Shown here: positions 46,715 to 59,303 of the stretch, in pieces
Numbering within the stretch: position 1 is the first letter of the stretch
Layout: every line of letters starts with the position of its first letter
The notes under the pieces: generated by a model
The model's database searches: none
Seen by the model: only the letters and a program-made list of their open reading frames with translations
Told to the model about the DNA's origin: nothing
Assembly: GCA_002269645.1 (NCBI GenBank)
Contig: NIVC01001374.1
Location: 62,001-126,000 of the forward strand
Reading direction: 5' to 3'
DNA length: 64,000 nucleotides
Origin: Macrostomum lignano
Lineage: Eukaryota
Position numbers and translations under genes: made by a program

Positions 46715-49700
46715 ATGTTTGAGCCAGGAGTGACACAGAATGGCTATGGAAATGGAGTCAATGGCCACTTGTAAGTGACTGGTTTGCTGTTATAAAAGAA
46801 GCTTTAAAAGTACACAATTAGGAAGTGATGCACTTAATTTTTTTGCACAAATTTTAGCCAGTGGAACTCGCAAAGCAATGGACAAGCTGGCGATGCATTG
46901 CCCTACGATGCGCAATACCCTTCAGCTAGTATGCAGGTACAGTAGTTTACATTTAAATGGTGATGTAGAGGCGAAACACTTGTTAAATAATCCAACTCTA
47001 TTTTTTCAACTCTATTTTAGTACGGCAGTCAGTCATATGAATCGCCGGGCAGTGCTCCAGACTATGCTGCCAATGACACCCTAGATGTTGATCTGGCTGC
47101 TTCAGCGTCGCTTGGCAATAATGGAGGATACTATACTAATACGGGATACTCTGCCGGCACTGGCAACTCATATTCCCAGCGGAGTCCTGGGTAGGTTCTA
47201 TGTGATTGTATCATCTTTTAGATATTCAATAATATGCATGCAAGTTTCTAGACTTGTAGTCTTTAGGCAGCTGCTAAAGTGCTATCACGTCCTCTACTAC
47301 ATCCTTGAGCGAGATTCTACCCTTCTCCCAGGCACTAGTGGGTAGCTACCCACTTCCCCAGACACTTCAGCGGTTAGCTAGCTACCCACTCCCACAGATA
47401 CTTCAGCCGGTAGCTAGCTACCCACTCCCACAGATACTTCAGCGGGTAGCTAGCTACCCACACCCCCAGACACTTCAGCCGGTAGCTAGCTACCCACTTC
47501 CCCAGACACTTCAGCCGGTAGCTAGCTACCCACTCCCCCAGACACTTCAGCTGGTAGCCACTTCCCTAGACACTTCAGCCGGTAGCTAGCTACCAACTCC
47601 CTCAAACACTTCAGCCGGTAGCTAGCTACCCACTCCCCCAGACACTTCAGCCGGTAGCTAGCTACCCACTCCCCCAGACACTTCAGCCGCTAGCTAGCTA
47701 CCCACTCCCCCAGACACTTCAGCCGGTAGCCACTTCCCTAGACACTTCAGCCGGTAGCTAGCTACCCACTCCCCCAGACACTTCAGCCGGTAGCCACTTC
47801 CCTAGACACTTCAGCCGGTAGCTAGCTACCAACTCCCCCAAACACATCAGCCGGTAGCTAGCTACCCACTCCCCCAGACACTTCAGCGGGTAGCTAGCTA
47901 CCCACTCCCACAGATACTTCAGCCGGTAGCTAGCTACCCACTCCCACAGATACTTCAGCGGGTAGCTAGCTACCCACACCCCCAGACACTTCAGCCGGTA
48001 GCTAGCTACCCACTTCCCCAGACACTTCAGCCGGTAGCTAGCTACCCACTCCCCCAGACACTTCAGCTGGTAGCCACTTCCCTAGACACTTCAGCCGGTA
48101 GCTAGCTACCAACTCCCTCAAACACTTCAGCCGGTAGCTAGCTACCCACTCCCCCAGACACTTCAGCCGGTAGCTAGCTACCCACTCCCCCAGACACTTC
48201 AGCCGCTAGCTAGCTACCCACTCCCCCAGACACTTCAGCCGGTAGCTAGCTACCCACTCCCTCAGACACTTCAGCCGGTAGCTAGCTACCCACTCCCCCA
48301 GACACTTCAGCGGGTAGCTAGCTACCCACTCCCCCAAACACTTCAGCCGGTAGCTAGCTACCCACTCCCTCAGACACTTCAGCGGGTAGCTAGCTACCCA
48401 CTCCCCCAGACACTTCAGCGGGTAGCTAGCTACCCACTTCCACAGACACTTCAGCGGGTAGCTACCCACTCCCACAGATACTTCAGCATGTAGCTAGCTA
48501 CCCACTCCGACAGATACTTCAGCGGGTAGCTACCCACTCCTACAGACATTTGTTCATTAGCATGGAAAATAAGTTGTTATTGTTGTGTAAATTTCATTTA
48601 ATGTAGCTTAATGTAGAATGACGAAAAGCATGGCATCTGATATAGGTTTTATGGCATGTATGGAATGGAACAGTTTGCTACGACTTTTGCCGCAAAACAG
48701 GCCTATGAGTGAACCGTTTGCATGTTTTCTGTGGTATAGCAGAGTTCGCTAAATTGCGTCGTTTGTAATTAAATAAGGTGATTTAGTTTTGCGCTTTGCA
48801 GTTCAGTAATTAGAAGTATGCCATTAGTCATTTAGAGTTGGCTGTAGACTGTTAACTCTGTTTCCCCTGTTACTTCAGTGCAAGCCTCTCTCCATTTCCC
48901 CTGTTACTTCAGTGCAGGCCTCTCTCCATTTCCCCTGTTACTTCAGTGCAGGCCTCTCTCCATTTCCCCTGTTACTTCAGTGCAGGCCTCTCTCCATTTC
49001 CCCTGTTACTTCAGTGCAGGCCTCTCCATTTCCACTGTTCCTTCAGTGCCGGCCTATCCATTTCCCCTGTTCCTTCAGTGCCGGCCTATCCATTTCCCCT
49101 GTTCCTTCAGTGCCGGCCTATCCATTTCCCCTGTTCCTTCAGTGCCGGCCTATCCATTTCCCCTGTTCCTTCAGTGCCGGCCTATCCATTTCCCCTGTTC
49201 CTTCAGTGCCGGCCTATCCATTTCCCCTGTTCCTTTAGTGCCGGCCTATCCATTTCCCCTGTTCCTTAAGTGCAGGCCTCTCTCCATTTCCCCTGTTCCT
49301 TCAGTGCAGGCCTCTCTCCATTTCCCCTGTTCCTTCAGTGCCGGCCTATCCATTTCCCCTGTTCCTTCAGTGCCGGCCTATCCATTTCCCCTGTTCCTTA
49401 AGTGCAGGCCTCTCTCCATTTCCCCTGTTCCTTCAGTGCAGGCCTCTCTCCATTTCCCCTGTTCCTTAAGTGCAGGCCTCTCTCCATTTCCCCTGTTCCT
49501 TCAGTGCAGGCCTCTCTCCATTTCCCCTGTTCCTTCAGTGCCGGCCTATCCATTTCCCATGTTCCTTCAGTGCAGGCCTATCCATTCCCCTGTTCCTACA
49601 GTGCTGGCCTATCCATTTCCCCTGTTCCTTTATTGCCTGCCTATCCATTTCCCCTGTTCCTTTAGCACAGGCCTCTCTATTTCCCCCTTTCCTTCAGCAC

Positions 49701-52681
49701 AGGCCTCTCCCATTTCCCCTGTTCCTTCAGTGCTGGCCTATCCATTTCTCCTGTTCCTTTATTGTCGGCCTATCCATTTCCCCTGTTCCGTCAGTGCCGG
49801 CCTATCCATTTCCCCTGTTCCTTTATTGCCTGCCTATCCATTTCCCCTGTTCCTTCAGCACAGGCCTTTCAATTTCCCCTGTTCCTTCAGTGCAGGCCTA
49901 TCCATTTCCCCTGTTCCTTCAGCACAGGCCTCTCCCATTTCCCCTGTTCCTTCAGTGCAGCCCTTTCTCCATTTCCCCTGTTCCTTCAGTGCCGGCCTAT
50001 CCATTTCCCCTTTTCCTTCAATGCCGGCCTATCAATTTCCCCTGTTCCTTCAGTGCCGGCCTTTCAATTTCCCCTGTTCCTTCAGTGCCGGCCTATCCAT
50101 TTCCCCTGTTCCTTCAGCACAGGCCTCTCCATTTCCCCTGTTCCTTCAGTGCAAAACCCTTTTGACGCCAGGCCATCCCCAACCACCCAACTCAGAGCCG
50201 GCAGCCATCGCTATGAATTCGGAGCAGCAGCAGCAGCAGAAGCCGCAGCCTCACTCGATGACGAAGGCCAGCCGTACGCAAACCTGCCGCCACCTGGCAC
50301 TCTGCCGTCGCCTCCGTCTCAGCTGTCTCCGCCAATGTCTGCCCAGCTGGCTATGGTCAATAACAGTGGCTACGCTCGTTCTATTGGATCCCAGTCTCAG
50401 CAGCAGCAGCAGCAGCATCACTATCACCTGCTTCAGCGCGACTTCAGCACTGTGGATGGCCGGATCAGGCAGAAGCAGTTGCAGCCGCCGCAGGTTGAGC
50501 GACAGCAGCAGCACGAGTATGTCAATTATCGAGATCCAGACGTTGTAGCAGCGATGAAGCAGCGAGCAGCTTCCGTTGATGGAGCGGCTGGCGGACTGAG
50601 CCGGTCCGACAAATTTGGCACGCTGGCTAGTTTGAATTGTAAGTGGGACTCGGTGGCTCGACTTTCTCATTGTCAGGGCAGTGTGCACACTGATGCTTTC
50701 ATCGATGTAGTGACAATGGATGGGGGTTGTAGCCTAATGGTTAGTGTCGGACTCGCGACTAAAAGGTCGGGGGTTCGATTCTTGACCCGCTGGAAAAATT
50801 TGTGTTAGACACTTAATTCTGCATTGCTTCAGTTCACCCAGCTGTAAAATGGGTGCCAGCTGTGTGTGGCGACCCCCAGCGCGATAGCTGCGGCTGAGCT
50901 GTCGGTTGCACATCTGCCCATTAGGGCTGGTGTAATCAATTATTATAATTAATTATTGAAAATTGCGGTCCAACTGTAATTAACATATTTTGTTTGCCGT
51001 TGAAATATTTTTATAACTTTTTAAATTGCATGTGTGCTTATACACGTGTATCTGCCTGCTAGCTACTAACTTTAGCATTGAAAGTTTAATAGTATTTAAA
51101 TACTTCCGCTGGGTTATTATTTCTAAAATGGTGTGGCTCATGGGGGAATTGCTAAGATGCTGTGGCTCATGGGGGAATTGCTAAGATGCTGTGGCTCATG
51201 GGGGAATTGCTAAGATGCTGTGGCTCATGGGGGAATTGCTGAAATGCTTTGGCTTATAGGGGGGAATTGCTGAAATGCTTTGGCTTATAGGGGGGAATTG
51301 CTGAAATGCTTTGGCTTATAGGGGGGAATTGCTGAAATGCTTTGGCTTATAGGGGGGAATTGCTGAAATGCTTTGGCTTATAGGGGGGAATTGCTGAAAT
51401 GCTTTGGCTTATAGGGGGGAATTGCTGAAATGCTTTGGCTTATAGGGGGGAATTGCTGAAATGCTTTGGCTTATAGGGGGGAATTGCTGAAATGCTTTGG
51501 CTTATAGGGGGGAATTGCTGAAATGCTTTGGCTTATAGGGGGGAATTGCTGAAATGCTTTGGCTTATAGGGGGGAATTGCTGAAATGCTTTGGCTTATAG
51601 GGGGGAATTGCTGAAATGCTTTGGCTTATAGGGGGGAATTGCTGAAATGCTTTGGCTTATAGGGGGAATTGCTGAAATGCTTTGGCTTATAGGGGGGAAT
51701 TGCTGAAATGCTTTGGCTTATAGGGGGGAATTGCTGAAATGCTTTGGCTTATAGGGGGAATTGCTGAAATGCTTTGGCTTATAGGGGGGAATTGCTGAAA
51801 TGCTTTGGCTTATAGGGGGGAATTGCTGAAATTATGTGGCTCATGAGGTGAATTGCTGAAATGCCGTGGCTCATGAGGTGAATTGCTGAAATGCCGTGGC
51901 TCATGAGGTGAATTGCTGAAATGCCGTGGCTCATGAGGTGATTTGCTGAAATGCCGTGGCTCATGAGGTGATTTGCTGAAATGCCGTGGCTCATGAGGTG
52001 AATTGCTGAAATGCCGTGGCTCATAGGGATTGCTCAGATCCTCTATATAGCCAAAGCTCAAGTGGGATGCAGATGGATACGTAATTTTAAAACGCTCATT
52101 GGTCAAATATGTGCATATTATGCACTAAACAATTAATCAACAATATAATGCTATTACAAAACGCTATATAAACACAGCCACAGGCCGTTACGCTAGCAGT
52201 ACAATTGGCGACAGTAGGCAGAGAATATTGCCAGCCTACTCAACTGAGCAGCAATATGATCCGGCATTTGCTAATCCCGGTTATTCCGATCTTGGCGACT
52301 TTTATCCCATTGAGAACGGCGCTGCTCGCGCCGTGTCCCCCGCTTATTCCCAATCGCACAGATCGTTTGGTGAGTTAACAAATTCACAAAATTATCAATG
52401 TCACTATAGCTGCCGCAGTAGTAAGCACTATACGATTGAATATCAATAATGCTTTCATAGAATTTATTATAGCTCACTGTTCTTTATGGCTACTCGTATT
52501 TATTGATTTATTATGATTTGTACTTTCTATTTGTAGTATTTTTATATGTAATGTTGAGTATACATACCGCCTAATCATTTTCAATTATATTTGTTGTGTG
52601 TCGCCTTGTGCCGACTTACCTTATCTCTGCTGCGCGGTATGGATTGGAATGCGGCATAGTCTAGTATTCCAATGAAGAGAA

Positions 52682-52741
<60 letters not shown>

Positions 52742-55700
52742 AAGTCAGTAGGGCGCTGCCTATTCTCAATTTCTTACTCTGTCCGTCAGTGCGCGCAACA
52801 CAAGACAAATTTTTACCGCATCCAACCTGCAAATTACCTTTTTTAACCCCTATCTGTACGTACGTATTTCTCTATGCTTCTTCACTCGCTCGCTATATTC
52901 AGTGTATATAGTTCTAACCAAGCTGGGTCAAGGCTACCTCTTAGCTTCACATATTTTGGGGCAATATAACTCACAATTTAATTTTTATCCTTAAAAACAC
53001 TTATTTGCACACTTCTTTTTTAAGTTATCTAGATGCTTTAAATGTTGTCCACATTAATGTGTGTTACGAAGAGGTTGTGATGCTTTTATTATACATGTAC
53101 TTTACTGGGAGAGGTAATTTCTACCTAGTAGAAAAAACTGGGTCTGCAGTATTAAAGATGGTGTTGCTTATTGAATAAACTAATTTTATTTGCTTTTCTT
53201 GCCCAGCCTCCCCAGATCCTCAATTGCTGGGCCAGCCTCCAAGATCCTCAGTTGCTGGGCTGCCAGCCTCCCAGATTCTCAGTTGCTGGGCTGCCAGCCT
53301 CCCAGATCCTCAGTTGCTGGGCCAGCCTCCCAGATCCTCAGTTGCTGGGCCAGCCTCCCAGATCCTCAGTTGCTGGACCAGCCTCCCAGATTAGCCATTA
53401 GCCTCTTGGGTCATCGCATTCAACACCGAACGCCTGAGGGTTAAGCAGAGCTGATCGGGGTTAGTACACAGCTACTCAAAATAAGCTTGACGTGCCTCGC
53501 ACATCGAGGCATATAGAAAGTGAAAAATTACTCTAAGCCTTAGAAGTTCCCCTGGTCTCATATTTGATGGTATTTTGTTTATTTATCTATCAATTAGACG
53601 CGCTTAACTAACAATGTTACTCCCGCCGGCACCCTGCCTTCAGTGTCGAACTCGCAGGTTTCCCACGCAGTCGCCGAGACGATCCTTTTGGAGTCCCGGC
53701 CTCCACAGACTGCGGAGCCGCAGTCATCAAGCTACCGCGATCCCGAGCTGCCCGACCTTCTGCAGCTTCTCCGGTCTGGCAGCGACGAGGCGCGTTGTCA
53801 CGCGGCCGCCTACCTGCAGCACCTGACCTTCTGCGAAGAGGACACAAAGACCCGGGTTCGAACCTCGGGTGGTATTATCCTACTAGTGAATCTGCTGGCT
53901 AGGCCTGGCAGCGTTAATCTCCGTCTAGGGGTGCTGGGCGCCCTGAGAAATCTCAGCTTCGGCCTTGGACAGGAGGAGAATCGCCGTGAGATGGCAAGGT
54001 GTGGCCTGCTGGCTAATCTGTGCGCCCTGGTTGAGTCTGCCGAGGAGCAGGAAGTCAGGTTGGTGATTTGGCTAGGGTTACTGGCTTTGAAAGGTTATGG
54101 GTCAGCCTGTCAAGTGCAAGGGGTCAAGCTGTCAACTTTCTAAGGTAATCATGGATCAAGCTGTCAAATGTCTAGGGTCATCATGGGTCAAGCTGTCAAA
54201 TGTCTAAGGTCATCATGGGTCAGGCTGTCAAATGTCTTGGGTCATCATGGGTCAAGCTGTCAAATGTCTAAGGGTCATCATGGGTCAGGCTGTCAAATGT
54301 CTTGGGTCATCATGGGTCAAGCTGTCAAATGTCTAAGGGTCATCATGGGTCAGGCTGTCAAATGTCTTGGGTCATCACAGGTCAAGCTGTCAAATGTCTA
54401 AGGTCATCATGGGTCAGGCTGTCAAATGTCTAAGGTCATCATGGGTCAGGCTGTCAAATGTCTTGGGTCATCATAGGTCAGGCTGTCAAATGTCTTGGGT
54501 CATCATGGGTCAAGCTGTCAAATGTCTTGTGTCATCATGGGTCAGGCTGTCAAATGTCTTGGGTCATCATGGGTCAAGCTGTCAAATGTCTAAGGGTCAT
54601 CATGGGTCAAGCTGTCAAATGTCTAAGGTCATCATGGGTCAGGCTGTCAAATGTCTTGGGTCATCATGGGTCAAGCTGTCAAATGTCTAAGGTCATCATG
54701 GGTCAGGCTGTCAAATGTCTTGGGTCATCATGGGTCAAGCTGTCAAATGTCTTGGGTCATCATGGGTCAAGCTGTCAAATGTCTAAGGGTCATCATGGGT
54801 CAAGAGTCAAGATGTCAAAAAGCTGTCAAAGGTGAAAAGTTAAGGATAATAGGTCAAACTATCAATCTGCAAAGGGGAGGTTTAAAGTTTCAAAAACGTT
54901 AATTATTAATTTTGATTTTGATTCTTTTGAAAAAATAAAAAAAATGTTTTTATATTACCTACAAAGTAGCGATCAAAGCGTTTTTTTTCTCTCTCTCTGT
55001 GTCACTCAGAGAGTTGGCCACAGCCGTGCTGTGGAATCTGAGCGCCAGTCCGGCTCTCCGCAAGGACATGCTGGATACCTGCGTGACGCCTCTGGTGAAT
55101 CGGGTGCTGCTGCCTCACGCCGGATTGGAACGGGCCCCTAGCGGCGAGTTTAATAGCGTTCAACGTGAGATCTACTGGACTGGCGTGTTCTGCAATGCCA
55201 CTGGCGCTCTGCGCTGTTTGAGCGCCTACGGAGACGCTGGCTATGGACGGAAATGCCTGCGGGCCTGTCCGGGCCTGGTGGAGAGCGTCATCCAGGTGAA
55301 TTGTGGTTATGCTTGTGAAGCTTCGAGCTTAGTGAAGCTTCGAGCTTAGTGAAGCTTCGAGCTTGTGAAGCTTCGAGCTTGTGAAGCTTCGAGCTTGTGA
55401 AGCTTCGAGCTTGTGAAGCTTCGAGCTTGTGAAGCTTCGAGCTTGTGAAGCTTCGAGCTTGTGAAGCTTCGAGCTTGTGAAGCTTCGAGCTTGTGAAGCT
55501 TCGAGCTTGTGAAGCTTCGAGCTTGTGAAGCTTCGAGCTTGTAAAGCTTCGAGCTTGTGAAGCTTCGAGCTTGTGAAGCTTCGAGCTTGTGAAGCTTCGA
55601 GCTTGTGAAGCTTCGAGCTTGTAAAGCTTCGAGCTTGTAAAGCTTCGAGCTTGTGAAGCTTCGAGCTTGTGAAGCTTCGAGCTTGTGAAGCTTCGAGCTT

Positions 55701-58700
55701 GTGAAGCTTCGAGCTTGTGAAGCTTCGAGCTTGTAAAGCTTCGAGCTTGTGAAGCTTCGAGCTTGTGAAGCTTCGAGCTTGTGAAGCTTCGAGCTTGTGA
55801 AGCTTCGAGCTTGTGAAGCTTCGAGCTTGTGAAGCTTCGAGCTTGTGAAGCTTCGAGCTTGTGAAGCTTCGAGCTTGTGAAGCTTCGAGCTTGTGAAGCT
55901 TCGAGCTTGTGAAGCTTCGAGCTTGTGAAGCTTCGAGCTTGTGAAGCTTCGAGCTTGTGAAGCTTCGAGCTTGTGAAGCTTCGAGCTTGTGAAGCTTCGA
56001 GCTTGTGAAGCTTCGAGCTTGTGAAGCTTCGAGCTTGTGAAGCTTCGAGCTTGTGAAGCTTCGAGCTTGTGAAGCTTCGAGCTTGTGAAGCTTCGAGCTT
56101 GTGAAGCTTCGAGCTTGTGAAGCTTCGAGCTTAGTGAAGCTTCGAGCTTAGTGAAGCTTCGAGCTTAGTGAAGCTTCGAGCTTAGTGAAGCTTCGAGCTT
56201 AGTGAAGCTTCGAGCTTGGGGAAGATTCGAGCTTGGGAAGATTCGTACTTGGGGAAGATTCGAGCTTGGAAAGATTCGAGCTTGGGGAAGATTCGAGCTT
56301 GGAAAGATTTGAGTTTGTGAAGTTTCGAGCTTGGGAAGATTCGAGCTTGGAAAGATTCGAGTTTGTGAAGATTCGAGCTTTGGGAAGATTCGAGTTTGTG
56401 AAGATTCGAGCTTCGGGAAGATTCGAGCTTGGGATGATTCGAGCTTGGAAAGATTCGAGCTTGGGGAAGATTCGAACTTGGAAAGATTCGAGCTTGTGAA
56501 GATTCGAGCTTGTGAAGATTCGAGCTTGTGAAGCTTCGAGCTTGTAAAGCTTCGAGCTTGTAAAGCTTCGAGCTTGTAAAGCTTCGAACTTGGAAAGATT
56601 CGAGCTTGTGAAGATTCGAGCTTGGGAAGATTCGAGCTTGGGAAGATTCGAGCTTGGGAAGATTCGAGCTTGGAAAGATTCGAGCTTGTGAAGCTTCGAG
56701 CTTGTGAAGCTTTGAGCTTGTGAAGCTTTGAGCTTGTAAAGCTTCGAGCTTGTGAAGCTTCGAGCTTGTGAAGCTTCGAGCTTGTGAAGCTTCGAGCTTG
56801 TGAAGCTTCGAGCTTGTGAAGCTTCGAGCTTGTGAAGCTTCGAGCTTGTGAAGCTTCGAGCTTGTGAAGCTTCGAGCTTGTGAAGCTTCGAGCTTGTGAA
56901 GCTTCGAGCTTGTGAAGCTTCGAGCTTGTGAAGCTTCGAGCTTGTGAATCTTCGAGCTTGTAAAGCTTCGAGCTTGTGAAGCTTCGAGCTTGTGAAGCTT
57001 CGAGCTTGTGAAGCTTCGAGCTTAGTGAAGCTTCGAGCTTGTGAAGCTTCGAGCTTGTGAAGCTTCGAGCTTGGGGAAGATTCGAGCTTGGGAAGATTCG
57101 AACTTGGGGAAGATTCGAGCTTGGAAAGATTCGAACTTGGGGAAGATTCGAGCTTGGGAAGATTCGAGCTTGGAAAGATTCGAGCTTGGAAAGATTCGAG
57201 TTTGTGAAGTTTCGAGCTTGGAAAGATTCGAGTTTGGAAAGATTCGAGCTTGGGAAGATTCGAACTTGGGGAAGATTCGAGCTTGGAAAGATTCGAACTT
57301 GGGGAAGATTCGAGCTTGGAAAGATTCAAGCTTGGAAAGATTCGAGCTTGGAAAGATTTGAGTTTGTGAAGTTTCGAGCTTGGGAAGATTCGAGCTTGGA
57401 AAGATTCGAGTTTGGAAAGATTCGAGTTTGTGAAGATTCGAGCTTTGGGAAGATTCGAGTTTGTGAAGATTCGAGCTTCGGGAAGATTGGAGCTTGGGAT
57501 GATTCGAGCTTGGAAAGATTCGAGTTTGGAAAGATTCGAGTTTGGAAAGATTCGATCTTGTGAATTTTCGCGCATGTGAAGCTTCACAAATCTGAAAATA
57601 AATCTCGTGCTTGAAAAGTTTCTCTTTTATTAAAAACTGCTATTAAAACATTGATTAATACATTGATCATACCAGTGCAATCCGTCCATACGCAGGTACT
57701 TCGCTGCGCCGTTCGTAACACCGATTTGGACCGGAAATCCATTGAGAACTGCGTCTGTCTGTTGCGCAATCTGCTCTTCGCCTGCCAAGAGACCGCCGAC
57801 CCTAACTACCAGCCCGCCGAGTCAATTGCTCCAGCCCAGCTCAATAGCAACTCAAAGTCTGGCAAAAGTGGCGGCGGCTGTTTTGGCGGCAAAAGCTCTT
57901 CTAACGGTGGCCCGTCTTCTAGTAGTAGCAAGAAAAAGCAACAGCCGCAGCAGAAGCCGGCAAGCAAAGAAGCAACGCCGCAGCAGCCGCTGGCCGGAGG
58001 CGGCGGCAGGATCAGCCTGCTATGGCAAGCCGGCACTCTCTCTAGCGTACTGCTGCCAATCATTGCCGACTGCGCCAATCCCGACACTCTGGAGGCTGCC
58101 GCCGGCGCCGTGCAGAACCTGGCCGCCTGCGACTGGCAGCCGTCTGTGGAATTTCGTGCTCAGATTCGGCGGGACAAAGGCCTGCCTCTGCTTGTTGAAC
58201 TGCTCAGCTTGGATGCCGATCGGGTTGTGCGGACCGCCGCCACGGCTTTGAGAAATCTGGCTCTGGAAGCTCAGAGTCTCAAGCTTATTGGTACGATTTT
58301 CAATTTATGATCCCTTCCCTGTATTTCAAGCAAGGGGTTAAATAAATCTCCTCAATCTGGATCAGAGAAATCCAAATCCTCAGTCAAGGATCAGAGAAAT
58401 CCCAATCCACAGTCTAGGATCAGAGAAATCCCATAGGATCAGAGAAATCCCATAGGATCAGAGAAATCCCATAGGATCAGAGAAATCCCATAGGATCAGA
58501 GAAATCCCATTGGATCAGAGAAATCCCATTGGATCAGAGAAATCCCATAGTATCAGAGAAATCCCATAGGATCAGAGAAATCCCATAGGATCAGAGAAAT
58601 CACATGGGATCAGAGAAATCCCATTGAATCAGAAAAATCCCATAGGATCAGAGAAATCCCAATCCTCGCGCATACAAACCTAGCTACTACATTTTTGCCA

Positions 58701-59303
58701 GGCCAATACGCGCTGGAGGCGCTGACATCCCGTCTGCCTAGGCGCAATTCGCCCATAGCCAATAGTCCGGAGACCTACGCCGCAGTGATAGCGGCTCTCT
58801 ACGCTGTAGTGAAGACGAGCCCGGTGTATGCCAGACGCCTAGCCGAGCTGGGCGGTCCCAGCGGACTCATACTGGTGCGCGATGCGCCCAGTCGTTACGG
58901 CCAGAAGTCGTCGGCATTTGCGGCTAGACTGTTGGATTCTATGCAGCAACTGTTAGGCAAAGATGTGCAATTGTTGTCGCTGCAGAATCGTCAGCAGCAG
59001 CAACAGCAGCAGCAGCCGCAGGCCCAGATGGAGCTGCAGCAGCGACAACCATCAGCCGCCGCCCCCGCCGCCGCCGCTGAGCCGCCACCGGTGGTTCGTC
59101 GGCAAGCGTCAACTGAACCGACCTATGCTCAGATTGACCGGCAGAAGAAGATGCAGCAACGAGCTCAAATGCCGCCGCCGCAGCAGCAAGAGCAGCAAGA
59201 GCAGCAGCCAGAGCCAGATATGCGACAGCATCATTACCAGCATCACCAGCATCATCTGGTTCATAGTCAGGTTTATGAGCAGGCTGCCGATAGCTGGGTC
59301 TGA
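46715..59303 (+). CDS. p120ctn: p120-catenin family armadillo protein (delta-catenin-like), 9 coding exons, about 953 aa
   Basis: Exons: 46715-46770, 46858-46936, 47021-47190, 50172-50638, 52178-52369 (alternative acceptor 52184), 53644-54058, 55010-55295, 57696-58290, 58702-59303; phases are consistent and total 2862 nt. ARM peptides: YRDPELPDLLQLL, AAAYLQHLTF, GALRNLSFG, ELATAVLWNLS, FCNATGALRCLS, KSIENCVCLLRNL, LEAAAGAVQNLAAC, KGLPLLVELL, AATALRNLA. C-terminal DSWV. The first three exons rest on splice and phase logic only. Confidence 0.9.
47338..48540. repeat. 36-bp minisatellite in catenin intron 3
   Basis: Unit AGCTAGCTACCCACTCCCCCAGACACTTCAGCCGGT, about 33 copies with shorter variants. 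Confidence 0.95.
48858..50151. repeat. 32-34-bp minisatellite in catenin intron 3
   Basis: Unit TCCATTTCCCCTGTTCCTTCAGTGCCGGCCTA, about 40 copies; explains the P/F/S-rich ORFs 48878-50548. Confidence 0.95.
50722..50958 (+). mobile_element. tRNA-derived SINE with CORE-like central domain
   Basis: A box TAGCCTAATGG (50730-50740); B box GGTTCGATTC (50772-50781); central GACACTTAA...TCAGTTCACCCAGCTGTAAAATGGG resembles the CORE-SINE domain; AT-rich tail near 50938-50958. Confidence 0.7.
51130..52030. repeat. 30-31-bp minisatellite in catenin intron 4
   Basis: Units TTGGCTTATAGGGGGGAATTGCTGAAATGCT and GTGGCTCATGAGGTGAATTGCTGAAATGCC, about 29 copies. Confidence 0.95.
52686..52739. repeat. (AG)n microsatellite
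   Basis: About 27 AG units in catenin intron 5. Confidence 0.95.
53202..53390. repeat. 28-bp minisatellite in catenin intron 5 (same unit as SPT16 intron 7)
   Basis: Unit GTTGCTGGGCCAGCCTCCCAGATCCTCA, about 6 copies. Confidence 0.9.
54140..54805. repeat. 32-33-bp minisatellite in catenin intron 6
   Basis: Unit GGGTCATCATGGGTCA(A/G)GCTGTCAAATGTCTT, about 20 copies. Confidence 0.95.
55310..57560. repeat. 16-17-bp minisatellite filling catenin intron 7
   Basis: Unit GAAGCTTCGAGCTTGT and variant GAAGATTCGAGCTTGGG, more than 130 copies. Confidence 0.97.
58365..58660. repeat. 19-bp minisatellite in catenin intron 8
   Basis: Unit GGATCAGAGAAATCCCATA, about 13 copies. Confidence 0.9.
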
